This document shows positions 12,881 to 24,799 of a DNA stretch of 60,000 nt, piece after piece. The notes below the pieces were generated by a model that saw only the letters and a program-made list of their open reading frames with translations, was not told the origin of the DNA and ran no database searches. Origin of the DNA: Felis catus (taxonomy: Eukaryota); NCBI RefSeq assembly GCF_018350175.1, contig NC_058369.1, forward strand, positions 4,032,001-4,092,000, in the 5' to 3' direction. Position 1 is the stretch's first letter, and each line of letters starts with the position of its first letter. The position numbers and the translations under genes are program-made.

Positions 12881-13055
12881 GGGGCGCCTTGAGGTGGGGG
12901 GGAGCTCCATCAGTTGAGCATCTGACTTCGGCTCAGGTCATGATCTCACAGCTCGAGAGTTCGGGCCCCACGTCGGGCTGTGTGCTGGCAGCTCGGCGCC
13001 TGGAGCCCGCTTCGGATTCTCCGTCTCCCTCTCTCTCTCTCTGCCCCTCCCCTGC
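12881..13055 (+). mobile_element. SINEC (tail-less)
   Basis: gacttcggctcaggtcatgatctcacag...(CT)n. Confidence 0.85.
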
Positions 13056-13309
13056 TGTCTACATGGAGCCTGAGAACAGAGCAACGCAGAGACAGCAGAG
13101 CAGAGAGACAGAGAGAAATGGGCTCCTGGATCCAGCCACGCCTGAAACTCACACACACCCGGACTTGTCACTTACAACCTGGGTTTTTCTTCACGTGGCT
13201 TATGCGTGGTGACAAATAACGCCCTCACCAAGCACTTCCCGATCTCCCACCTTCTGGGGGCTGGAAGATGACCTCATCGTTCGACAAACTTCATTCCACC
13301 TCTTCCCAA

Positions 13310-13660
13310 ACTCCGCGGGGGAGACTATACTTCCCTGCCCCACTGATGTCAGGCCCAGCCGTGTGCCTTGCTTTGGCCAAGGCAATATGAGCAAAAGTGG
13401 CAGTGTGAACACTTCTGAGCCCGGGCCCTAAGAGGCACTGCGTGTTTCTGAGTGCCCTCTCCATTCCTGCCTTTAGCCATGAGACAAACAGGCCCCGAGG
13501 AGCCACCAGTCCAAGGAAGATCGGCAACACACGAACCGGATGTGGACCCGATTCCCAGGGTAGAACGCAGTCCAGCTGGCCTGAGGGCGTGAGAATGAAA
13601 CAAGTGTTTGCTGTTGTGCCACAGAGTCTTGGTGGATGCTTGTCACACAGCCATAGCTGA
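13310..13660 (+). mobile_element. Old MLT1 (I/J-like) LTR
   Basis: gactatacttccctgccccactgatgtcagg...ccttgctttggccaa...cagccatagctgact. Confidence 0.6.
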
Positions 13661-13764
13661 CTGTTGCATGAGCATACAGGTGGGAAACGATCTGTGTCGT
13701 TTCAGAACCTTTACTGCCACCGAGAGACCTTCCGGAGTTCATTCTGTGTGCCGCGGAGACCACA

Positions 13765-13846
13765 ATTTTCTTTTTTTCTATATAAAAAAAATTTTAGAGC
13801 TTATTTATTTTATTTTGAGAGAGAGTGTGTGTATGAGTGGTGAAGG

Positions 13847-13894
<48 letters not shown>

Positions 13895-14004
13895 CCCAAG
13901 AAGACTCCACGCTGTGAGCACAGAGCCCAACACGGGGCTCGAACCCACAAACCACGAGATCGTGACCTGAGGGACGCCTAACCGACTGAGCCACCCAGGC
14001 GCCC
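13765..14004 (-). mobile_element. SINEC
   Basis: (GA)n...gactgagccacccaggcgcccc. Confidence 0.95.
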
Positions 14005-15332
14005 CGTCTACCTGTTGGAATTTAAATCAGCCCGGCTTCCCCAGGGTGGCCTCGTGGAATCACCACCCGGTGCTTCCGTTCTTTCCACGAGCTCACCAGG
14101 GTCACGTGGGAGGGGCCTTCCGGCCCCCAGACACCCAGAACTCGGTCCTCAGAGAGTCTGAACGTCCCCTCCATCGCTCTGCTCGCCTTTGGGACACACC
14201 CTCCCACGTACCTGCTGGTGGCTATCCCCCACGGACTCTGGGATGCCACCACGCAGAAGATCCGCCTCCGTTCCACATCCCGCAAAGGAAGACATCAGCC
14301 CTGCTGGCAAAATCACGGCCCCCGGCCAAGAAGACCCATCCCGATCGCAGAGATGTTAAAACGTGAGAATCGCACGCCTCCAAATCGGCAAAACGTGGTG
14401 TGGTCGTTGCTGCGTGGCTGTCTCTTCTGCTGGACCCGGCAGGCAGGACGTGGCTTATTTTGGTCACCGCAGAGCGCCCAGTGCCCAAGACAGGTGTGGT
14501 TGAATGAGCGAATGGACCGTCTGGCCCGACGCGAAGAAGTTTCAGGCACTGTCTCGCGGTATCCTCACCACGCGGGCACCAGCACTCTCTGCGTTTTTAA
14601 AGGGGAAACTGAGGCTTCTAGAGGGATAGTGACTTGGCCAAGGCCGCGCCATCACGCCTGAGGCTGACCTCCGAGCCTGAGGCCTGCCTCCGGCCCCGGC
14701 CCCCTGCCTGCCCGTTCCAACGTCCCCCCGACACCCTTCTCCGCCAGCCACGCTTCCCCAGAACCTGTCTCGTGAAAACCAAATCACGCCTGCCTGAAAG
14801 TCGACATCGAAATTACTGCCGAGCCCTTGACTCTGGGTAATTAAGAGCATTTTGGGACGCCTTGCTTGATTAAAAGCAGATCATCCGTTCAGAATGAAAA
14901 TTCAGAAGGCAAATTGCTTTTGTTGCCTTCACGATGCTATTTTAAACCCACGAGGCTCTCCAGCTAATAAAGGCCCGTCACTCGGGCTGTCGGCCTGCTC
15001 GGGGCCCATTTGCATGGCTCCCCGACGCGACACTCAGACCTGGAGGGACCCCTGTCGGGGCATCAGACCTCAGCGTGGCCCCACACCTGCTCCCATCTCA
15101 GGGACACCCTGATGTTTGCCTGGCCCCCCACCTGGCCCCACTGCCCCACTTACAGACCCCGCCCTCTGCTCCGGGTCCCAGCCCCTGCCTCCTCCCGCAG
15201 CCTTCTTGCCCCCCATTGTGGCTCTCAGCACCCAGGTTGTAACTGCCCAGTCACGTGTCCCTCCACCCCCCTCCTCAGACCGTGAGCTGGTGTCGCCAGT
15301 GCCCAGAATAGATCATGTCACTGAGGAGGTAA

Positions 15333-16040
15333 AGAATGAATGAATGAGTGAGTGAGTGACTGAGTGAATGAGTGAGTGAGTGAGTGAGTGAATGAGTGAG
15401 TGAACGAGTGAGTGAACGAGTGAGTGAACGAGTGAATGAATGAGTGAATGAATGGGTGAATGAATGAATGAGTGAGTGAATGAATGAGTGAGTGAATGAA
15501 TGAATGAGCGAATGGGTGGATGAGTGAATGGGTGAATGAGTGTGTGAATGAACGAATGAGTGAACGAATGAGTGAATGACTGAATGAACGAGCGAGTGAG
15601 TGAATGAATGAGTGAATGAGTGAGTGAATGAGCGAATGAATGAATAAATGAATGAATGAGTGAATGAGCGAATGAATGAATGAGCGAATGAATGAGCGAA
15701 TGAGTGAGTGAATGAGTGAGTGAATGAATGAGTGAACGAGTGAATGAGTGAATGAGTGAATGAATGAGTGAACGAGTGAATGAGTGAATGAGTGAATGAA
15801 TGAGTGAACGAATGAGTGAGTGAGTGAGTGAATGAATGAGTGAATGAGTGAGTGAATGAGTGAATGGATGAGTGAATGGATGAGTGAGTGAATGAATGAG
15901 TGAACGAGTGAGTGAATGAGTGAATGGATGAGTGAGTGAGTGAATGAGTGAATGAGTAAATGAATGAGCGAATGAATGAATAAATGAATGAATGAATGAG
16001 TGAATGAGCGAATGAATGAATGAGCGAATGAATGAATGAA
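15333..16040. repeat. Long compound (TGAA/TGAG)n tetranucleotide repeat, about 700 bp, at an L2 3' end
   Basis: Direct reading; preceded by L2-like 3' sequence at about 15170-15330. Confidence 0.95.
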
Positions 16041-16439
16041 TTCATCTGTTGGAGTGGGAGGAGCCAGGGGCGGATCTCAGACATCAGGCTCTCAAACAGC
16101 CCCACCCCTCTCTAAAGCTCGCCCTCTGCAGGACGAGACCCCCCCACTCCTACTACTTTGTCCCCTCCCGTCCCCAGCCTGTGGCAGGGACCCCCATGGG
16201 AGCCCGGGCCAGCCCGCCAGTTCCCCCCCCCCCAGGCGGGGGTGTGGGGGCAGAAACCGCAAAGGGGCCGCGGGCGTGCCTCGGGGGGTGGGGAGACAGT
16301 GTTGCCGTTTGGGGTGAAAATGCCACGAGCACCGACAGCATCTGGAAGTATCTAAGCCAGGAGCACACACTTTGGCCAGAGGAGCCTTTACTAAGAAAGA
16401 GTAACAATGTAAAGAGGCAGCGGGGAGGCTGGGGTGGGA

Positions 16440-16645
16440 GCCGCCCTCCACCCCCTCGCCCCCAGGGGACAGCAGGACCTATCTGGAGACATTTGTCGCT
16501 GTCACAGCCGGGTTGAGGGAGCTCCCAGCATCACGTGGGTGGGGGGCCAGGGATGCTGCTCAATCACCCCAGGATGACGCCCCTCCCCCCCCCCCACACA
16601 CACAGAGTGACCTGGCCCCAGGTCGATGTCAGCAGGGCTGAGGTG
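16440..16645 (+). mobile_element. MER20 DNA transposon
   Basis: tctggagacatttgtcgctgtcacag...ggccagggatgctgct. Confidence 0.65.
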
Positions 16646-17812
16646 GCGTGGGGGGCCCCTGACGCCAGCTACTATTTAGGGACACTGACTGCACCAGGCT
16701 TGTCCGGGGGCTTTTCTGTTTTAACTCCCCGGGCGGTGGGCGCAAACAGCAGCCCATTTTCCAGAGATGGAAAACCAAGGCCCAGAGCCGCACAGTCACG
16801 AAGGCCACACGCCCTGTTAGAAGGTCAGCCATGCAAGGGCCAGGCAGGTGGCCTGTGTCCTGTTGGCTGCTGGGTCCCCGGGGCCTAGCGCAGGAGCCCG
16901 TGCGATAGCAGGTGCTTCGGAAAGGCCGCGGGAGAGCAGAGCCGGGATCCCAACCCAAGCCAGGCGATCCTTTGGTGTCGGATCCGGGTTCTTCTGACTG
17001 CAAAAGCCTCCCTCTCAGCTGAGAGACCCTCCTGCTGCCCCCCCCCCCCACCTCGTGTCCCTGCAACTCCTGGGACAGCTGAGCCCCCGGGTTCCAGGAG
17101 GCCGGGGGCGGAAGCTTAACTGCCCTTATTGTGGCCTCTGAAAAGGGAGCAGGTGCCCGCGGCTTTGCCAGGAGGCCCCGGTCGTCGCTGCCTTTGTGCC
17201 CGAAGCTGGTGGAATCCTCCGCCCGAACGGGCTTCCTTTCAGTCCGAGGATTCCACGTTCCACTTCTGCTGCCACATCCTCGCCTGAAAATCCCTCATTC
17301 TGCTCCGGCCCCGGCCCCGAATGCGGGCGCCTTTGTTCCTCTTTTCTTGGCCTTGTCTGCGTTAATCGCTTCCTCCCGGAGCTGTGGGAGGAGGGGGGGG
17401 GGGGGTGGCGAGAATAAATAAATATGGAAGGTAAAATAAAAGAGCTTCTCCCAGCTTCGGGCGGCGGCTTCGCGGAAGGGGATTTTCACCTGGCACTTGG
17501 AGACATTGACAAAGGCGGGCGAGGGGTGCGGGGCGGGCAGGGGTGGGGCGTCGGGGCGCGGCTTGGGGCGGGCGCACTTGGCCCCTGCCGCAGCGCACTG
17601 AGATATTCACAGAAACACACTCATCGGGCCTGTCTTCACGAAGATCTCGCTGCCAGCCCTTCATTAACCCGTGCCCGGGAGACCGCCATCAACGCTCCCC
17701 AGGCCTGGAGAAGGAAGGGAGGTGGCGGGGGGAGAGGGGGCAGGAGGGGATGGGCATCAGCCCAAAGTTGGATGGGGGTTTGGGAAGCAGAGACCCCCCG
17801 GGCGCCAGCCTC

Positions 17813-17846
<34 letters not shown>

Positions 17847-18684
17847 GTGACTTGCTGTGTGACCTTGAGGAATCCACCTGCCCTCTCTGTGCCTTGCCAA
17901 TAATCAGCCCTTTCTGTTCCCAGCCTGGAGGGCCGTACTCTCTAGGAGTGCTTACAGAGTGGAAGGTACTTGCTCAAAGCCACCCAGCCATGGAGACGGA
18001 AGCCCTCAGTTCAGGGGCTCCTTACCAGAGGCCAGTCAGGGCGTCCAGATGGAGAACAAAAGCCACCGCGGCAACATCGTCCCAAGGCTCGGTCCCACGT
18101 GGCCTCCGGAGCCCCTCCTCCCCCTCTGGACCTTTTCTATAATAATAATTCATCCAGTGTATGTTGATTCATGCAGTTATTCAGGCCAGAAGATTGGTTG
18201 AGCTCCGTGTGCCAGGCTGTGTGCTGGGCACTGGGGACACAGCAGCGACCAAGGCAGAAGGTCCCAGCCTTTCCGGGCGCGGGGGGGGGGGGGGGGGGCT
18301 CACAGATGGTCACATGACTCGGCAGTTCCAGCCCCCAATGTGATGAAGTCTTCACTGGGGACACACAGGCGCTGTACCGCGCCCGTTTCTCAGATGGGAG
18401 CACAGAGGCTGCTCGGTGGCTGGCGGGTATGGCCTGGCCAGGGTCACAGGGCAGGGGGGAGCAGGGCGGGGATCAGGGCAGACCAGGCCACCCCGGGCAC
18501 CCACCACCCTTCCGCACAAATACCCTTTACCCCGGGACGGGTTAGAGCGAATGAAGCCTGTCCTCACCGGTATTTCGAGGAGGAAAGGCTGTCAGAGCCG
18601 CCCCGTGAAAAGTGAAAGCTTCCCAGCTGCTGTAGCCGAGGACCACGGCTCAGTGAAACACCGCAAGTTTGGTGCCTCCTGGTT

Positions 18685-18762
18685 CTTTTTTTTTTTTAAG
18701 TTTTATTTATTTACTTATTTTGAGAGAGAGAGAGCGCGCACAAGTACAAGGAGGGGAGGGGC

Positions 18763-18813
<51 letters not shown>

Positions 18814-19130
18814 CCCAAGCAGGCTCCACGGTGTCGGCACGGAGCCCGAGGTGGGGCTCGAACTCACCAACCGCCGAGATCATGAGCTGAGCCCAAACCA
18901 AGAGTCGGGACCACCCGGGCGCCCCCCCCCCGCTTTATTTTAAGGTTTATTTATTTGAGAGGGAGAGAGAGGGAGCTAGGAGGGGCCGAGAGGTAAGGGG
19001 ACAGAGGATCCAAAGCAGGCCCCGGGCTGACAGCAGGCGAGCACGACGACGGGCTTGAACTCGCAAAACTGTGAGATCATGACCTGAGCTGAAGTCTGAT
19101 GCGCAACGGACGGAGCCACCCAGGCGCCCC
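18685..19130 (-). mobile_element. Two tandem SINECs inside an MLT1 remnant
   Basis: Two T-rich tails followed by (GA)n and ggcgcccc ends near 18925 and 19130. Confidence 0.9.
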
Positions 19131-22100
19131 TGTCAGTGCCCAGTTCTTGAAAGTAAGAAGGCCAAGAATCTCCTGGAGCTGACCCTGGCGTGGGCAGGGC
19201 TGGTTCATCCCAGGAGGGGGCGGGAGTGGGGGTGGGGGGGGTAGGGCTGGTTCATGGGGGGGGGTGCAGCAGTGGGGGGGCAGGGGCGGCCTCCCCCCCC
19301 CCCCGCTTCCAGAGGCCACGCCCCCTTCATCCTTAACACCTATCCCTCCGGCCTCTGCTTCTGGCCACGCATCCTCTCTGACCCTGACCCTCCTGACTCC
19401 CTCCTGGGAGGGCTCTGGTGACGCCTTTGGCCCCTGGATAACCCAGGATAACCCCCATTTGAAAATGCTTACCTTGATCCCGTCTGCAAAGTCCCTTTTG
19501 CCGTGTAAGGGGCATAATCAGAGGTCCTGCCCGCCACGGCCACCCTCTGAGGGAGCGTGGCCCCGAGGGAGTCAGAATAGAGGGTCTGGGCAAAGCCTTG
19601 GCATCAGGGGGCCTCAGTGTCCCCGTCTGTAAAATGGGGTCAATCGTCCACCTCGGCTCTTAGGGCCCTGGAGAAGCGTTGCTCAACCATTTAACGCCAA
19701 ATATTCAGAGGGACCAAGACTCACGTGGGCCCTGTACCCACGGGCAGGATGACGGACACCAAGCATGGGGGGATATCCGTGACCCTGGCTCGATGCAGTG
19801 AAACGGGGTCAGGGAGGCCCTCCCTGAAGGGGGGAACCTGTGAGCAAACCCAGCTGAAAAATGGGGAGAACAGTAACAACCGTTCACAGACTTGGGTGAG
19901 GAGGAAGCGACTCCATTCATGACCCACTCTGGGCTGGAAGCACAGGAAGGCAGATACCACAGGCTCAAAACTCGCCCCTAATGACCCTGCACCCCTCCCC
20001 TCCCCCCCACCCCCACCCCCACCCCCGGCTCTGCCGCCTTCCTGGCTGGGGAGTCTCGTGTTGTCAAGAAACGAACGAACGGGCTTGATCTCGCAGCCTC
20101 GCCCCAGGATCCGCTCACGACGGGGGTGGGGGTGGGGGGGGTGCAGGAGGGGGCACCGAAGCCCCAATGACAAGGGCAGAATTAATCCCGACTCCGTCTG
20201 CAGGTCTATTCGATAACACACACTTGTTCAGTCCCTTGAGGCTGCTGAAGAAAGTGCGGATTCAAATCCTGCTGGTGGGGGGCCCCGGTTCTGGGTTCAA
20301 GCCGGGGAGGGGGAGGCACTGCGGGATCTTCAACCCAAATCCTGGACCTCTGCTCCCTGCAGACGCTTCCCTGCTCTTCTGTTCCGCCCACGGGCTCCGG
20401 TCCTTCTAAACGTCCCCTCCAGCCCCGTCTGGTGTCCGTCCTGTAGGGACACAGACGCCCCGCTCCCGTGGAACTGAGCGCTGCAAGGGGCCAGGGAGAG
20501 GTGGGAGGCAGGGATTTGACCCCGTGCTATGGCTCCGGTGCGTATCTCTTCCTTCAGTAGATATTTATTGAGCGCCTGCTGTGTGCTTGAGCCCATGCAG
20601 AGTACAGGGGACACAGAAGAGACCGGGATGGATTTTTGTTCTTTTTTAATGCTCGCCCTTGTGTAAGGACACGGACAGGCTGAAAAATAGGGCGATGGGG
20701 CTAATTTGGGAGGCCGGTGCACAGGACAAGGGGGCCTGACCCGGTGAGGGGAGGCATCACAGAAGGCTTCCTGGAGGAGGTGACTCTGAGCAAAGATCTG
20801 AAGGACGTGTCGGAAGGAGCCAAGAGAGGGCATTTTAGGGGCTGCAGCAAAGTCCCGGGGAGGGGGGGGAGACCATCACTCCCTCGGGTAATTGGAGGGG
20901 GCATGAGGGATGCTGGGGGACCAGGGAGGAGGCGGAGGTGGGGGCCCCGGTGGAGGCAGAAAGGAGGAGACTGATGGAAGAGAGGCTTTGGAAGGAGGGC
21001 AGGCAGAACCCGGGGGCGGACAGGCGTGGATGGAGTGAAAGGCCGACATCCGGGTCTCCGACTCAGGGATGGGGCGATGGGGCCACCTCGGGCCACCAGA
21101 GGAGGAGCGGGTCTGAGGGGAGACACGGAGGCCAGCTTGGGTCCTGAGGATAGAGGCACTGGGGTGCCCAGGGGAGAAGCCCAGGGTAGAGGCTGGGCCT
21201 GCAGGCAGGGGGCTGGGCTGGTTGAACCCTGGCTTCTGTGTCCACCCAGAACACGCTTCCCCCCAAACCTCCACCCAACTGACACACTCTTCTCCCTCCA
21301 GGTCTCAGCCTAGAAGACACCTCCACCGGGAAGCCCCACGGGGTTCCCACCGTGCCTAAGCTTCCCCCATTACCGCGAGGAGGGTGCTCTGCCGTCACCG
21401 CCTGCTCGTGGTGAGCCCTTAAGGGCGGGGGCCGCGCCCATCTGAGTCCCGCTGTGTCCCCTGGCACCCGGTCAGCACCCTAGACAACCGTGTCTCTGGC
21501 TTTGTCACCATTACACGCCCGGCACCCCGTGGAGCCCCTGGGGTAACTCCCCGCCAGGCATCCAGTCCCGGGCGCTTGGAGCGTCTCAGGTGCAAGCGAG
21601 ACCCCGGTCATTTGCAGCCGAGCGAGGCCCCAGAAGAAAGCGAAACCTGAGGACACATCAGAAGCACCGACAGAGACCATTTCGCAGGCGAGGGCTCCCG
21701 CTGCCCGCCACACGCGATTCCGTGCAAGCGAGTGCGCTCTTCCCAAGGTCATTACCTGGTTCATTCTGAATTATCGATTCAAGGTGCCCCGAAGGCAGGG
21801 CCCATCCTTCCACTGACAGGTATGAATTGAGCACCGACTGTGTGCCAGGTGGTAAATCCTAGGCACTGTGGATGGGGTGGCGGCCAAGAGTCTCACCGCC
21901 AGCCCTCGTGCAGTCATTGGACTACAACGGGAGAGACGGCTAAGGGCCGTGTCAGCAAATACACAAACAAGGAAATGTCAGACGACGATAAGCTCAGGGC
22001 TAAAAGAGATAGAATGACGAAGTTGAGAAACTCAGGAATGCCGGATGAGTCAGGGACATCAGGAAGGGCCTCCTAGAGGAGGTGATGTTTGAGCTAAGAG

Positions 22101-22335
22101 AGTTAGTTGAAAGTTGAGATCGGAGCCAGCCATGTGGATATCCGGGCAGAGGGCACAGCACATGCAAAGGTCCGGGGCCAACACCATGCCCGGTATGTTG
22201 GAAGAACACAGAGAAGGTCCATGTGGCTGGAGCAGAGTGAGCTATGGGGAGGTGGGGGGAGGGAAGGGCAGGGAGGTTAGGGGAGCAGCTCATACAGGAC
22301 CTTGTGAGCTGCTGGGAGGATGTGGGCTTTTATCC

Positions 22336-22395
22336 GGAAGGAAGGAAGGAAGGAAGGAAGGAAGGAAGGAAGGAAGGAAGGAAGGAAGGAAGGAA

Positions 22396-22443
<48 letters not shown>

Positions 22444-22507
22444 AAAAGGAAGGAAGGAAGGAAGGAAGGAAGGAAGGAAGGAAGGAAGGAAGGAAGGAAG
22501 GAAGGAA

Positions 22508-22587
<80 letters not shown>

Positions 22588-22605
22588 AGGAAAGAAAGAA
22601 AGAAA
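22336..22605. repeat. Compound polypurine microsatellite (GGAA)15-(GAAA)n-(GGAA)15-(GAAA)n
   Basis: GGAA blocks at 22336-22395 and 22448-22507, each followed by a GAAA block. Confidence 0.95.
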
Positions 22606-24799
22606 CTTGAAGTTGACCTTTGAGGGTTTGGGGAGGATAAAATGATCCTCACCTCCCACACGGCCCTGGGCAGACCCCGGAGTCCCCTCTTGACCAAGCC
22701 CCTGCCCCACCCGAGACCTCACCTTGGCTACCCCACCCCCACAGGATGACCCCGCTGGGCCCCCCACACTGTCCCCACCCTTGTCCTGGCTCCCGCCTCA
22801 CACACGGAGTGCCCCACAGAATCACTCATGTAGCTCCCCTCCCCCTTCTGTCCCCACACCTGCCCGGCCTGGGGCGGGGGGCTGGGAGAGAAGCCACCTA
22901 TCCCCAGCGCCCCCACCTAGTTTCTGGAGGGACAAGGTCATGACCACAAAGAGAACCATAGTGACTGTCACAGTGTCTGGACTCCACCCGTGCGCGCCAG
23001 GGAGGAATTCCTTTATTCCTTCCACAAACGCTGGCCTGGTGTCCACTTGGGGTCCGTCGGAACCAGGCCGAGCCCCGACTCCAGGCGGCCCCACGCTGGG
23101 TCTCAGTTTCCACATCCATCCCCGAAAGAGGCCGGGCCCCTCCCAGGCCCACCACCTCGAGATCCTAGACCCCGAACAACCTAAGTCCCGCTATGGGGCC
23201 TGGGGCGACAGACCCATGCTGGCTCGGCAGGGTCCCAAAGAACAGGGGTCCCGCCCCGCCCTCGCCCCTCAAAGCTCCCAGGACTGGAGGTGTCCAGGGG
23301 CCCCGGGGGGCAGCGAGTGAGGTCCTGGAGGTTTCCAGGGGCCCCGGGCAGCGAGTGAGCTGGTAGGGTTAAGGCCTCGGCAGAGGAGGAACCTGCAGCT
23401 CTAGTCTGGGAGGCCCTGCCGGGAGCTCTATCTCCTGCCCAGCGGGGGCCGCATTAGCCGCTCAAAACCCATTCTGGGAAATTAGAGCAGAGACCTCCGC
23501 GACAATCACGGGTCATTCTCGTCTCCGGTTCCCAGGCTCTCCCGCAGGGATGATAGCCCAGCAGCCAGTCTTAGGGGGGATGTGGGGGGACTGAGGGGTC
23601 CCAGCCGGCCGGCTCTGGGCCTGAGGCCTTCTGCAAGCAAGACAGAGAAAGAAAAGTGGGATCATTGAAGGATCTAAGGGCGTCAGGTCTCTGCTCCAAC
23701 ACCTTCCGTGGCTCTCAGCTGCCCAAGACTTCCGTCCAAATGGATCGACCTGACAAACAGCCCAGGGGACAAGCTTGCTCCGCCATCCCTCTCCATCTCT
23801 CTTCCCCCTGAGTTTGTGGGTTTTCTGACTGTCCCCCGACCCCAGCAGCCCACGAGGCAAAGCGGGGCCAGGTCTGAATTTATTTCAGGAGGGTGGACTT
23901 CAAGAGTGGCCTGATGCAGCATTCCAGCTGGGCCTCAAGAGTCAAAGTCCACTCTCTCTTCTGAGATCGAATCCCAGCCTCTTCCCCAAATTCCCCAAGT
24001 TTTTCCACCCCCAGGTTTTTGCCCACACCTGGCAGGCCTGTTCCACCACCCCCCACCCCAACCACCCTCTCCCCCTAATTCCTTGGCAGAAATGTCCTGT
24101 CCAAAGACAGCACAGCCGTGGGGTCAGAGCAAAGAGAGGTCAGGAAGTTGTCTGCTGCCCAAGCCCACTCTTGTCTGCCCTTCTCCAGGCCTCAGCGTCC
24201 CAGGCTGGAAAATTAGAGGGGGTGACTCCGGGATCCTTAGGACCCCAGCCGACATTAGCACTGCTTCCTGTGAGCCCGGCCAGGAAGGAGGGACCAAAGT
24301 AGGTCCTCTGGTCTGTGATGAGGTGGGATTTCGATCCTCAGCTCCCGCGTGAAGTAGGTACCGCTGTTAGCACCCTTTCACGACTTGACCCAGAGACGTC
24401 CCTCCTCTGGCAGAAGGTCACACAGCCGGTGGGTGGTAGAGCTGGGACTTGACTGTGGACCTCATTCCAGACCCTACGAACTTAGCCCCCAGGTACAGCA
24501 CCTTTGGGTCTCCTGGCCAAGGTTTCTGGGCTCAAATCTTTAATTCAGGCAACCAGGAGAGGGGTAGAAGGAGGCCTTTTCTCCCAGGAATGCGTCTCCA
24601 GTTGTGAAAAGGAGTCAGTGGACTCAGTTTACCTCCTGGGGAGTCCCCCTTCCCCTGCAGCCTCCCCCACGTTGCCTACGACGATGCCCCGTCATCTCAG
24701 AGACGGGAACACTCAGGTTCACCAGGCAGAAGCCATCTTCCCAAGCTCACCGGCCAGCCAGTGCTGCGGTGGCTTTTGTCAGGCAGGGCCAGCCGGCGG

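Noticed and set aside
15275..16105. 276-aa His/Ser/Thr/Phe ORF
   Set aside because: Translation of the (TTCA/CTCA)n microsatellite.
22114..22767. Lys/Glu/Arg-rich and Phe/Leu/Ser-rich ORFs
   Set aside because: Translation of the GGAA/GAAA microsatellite.
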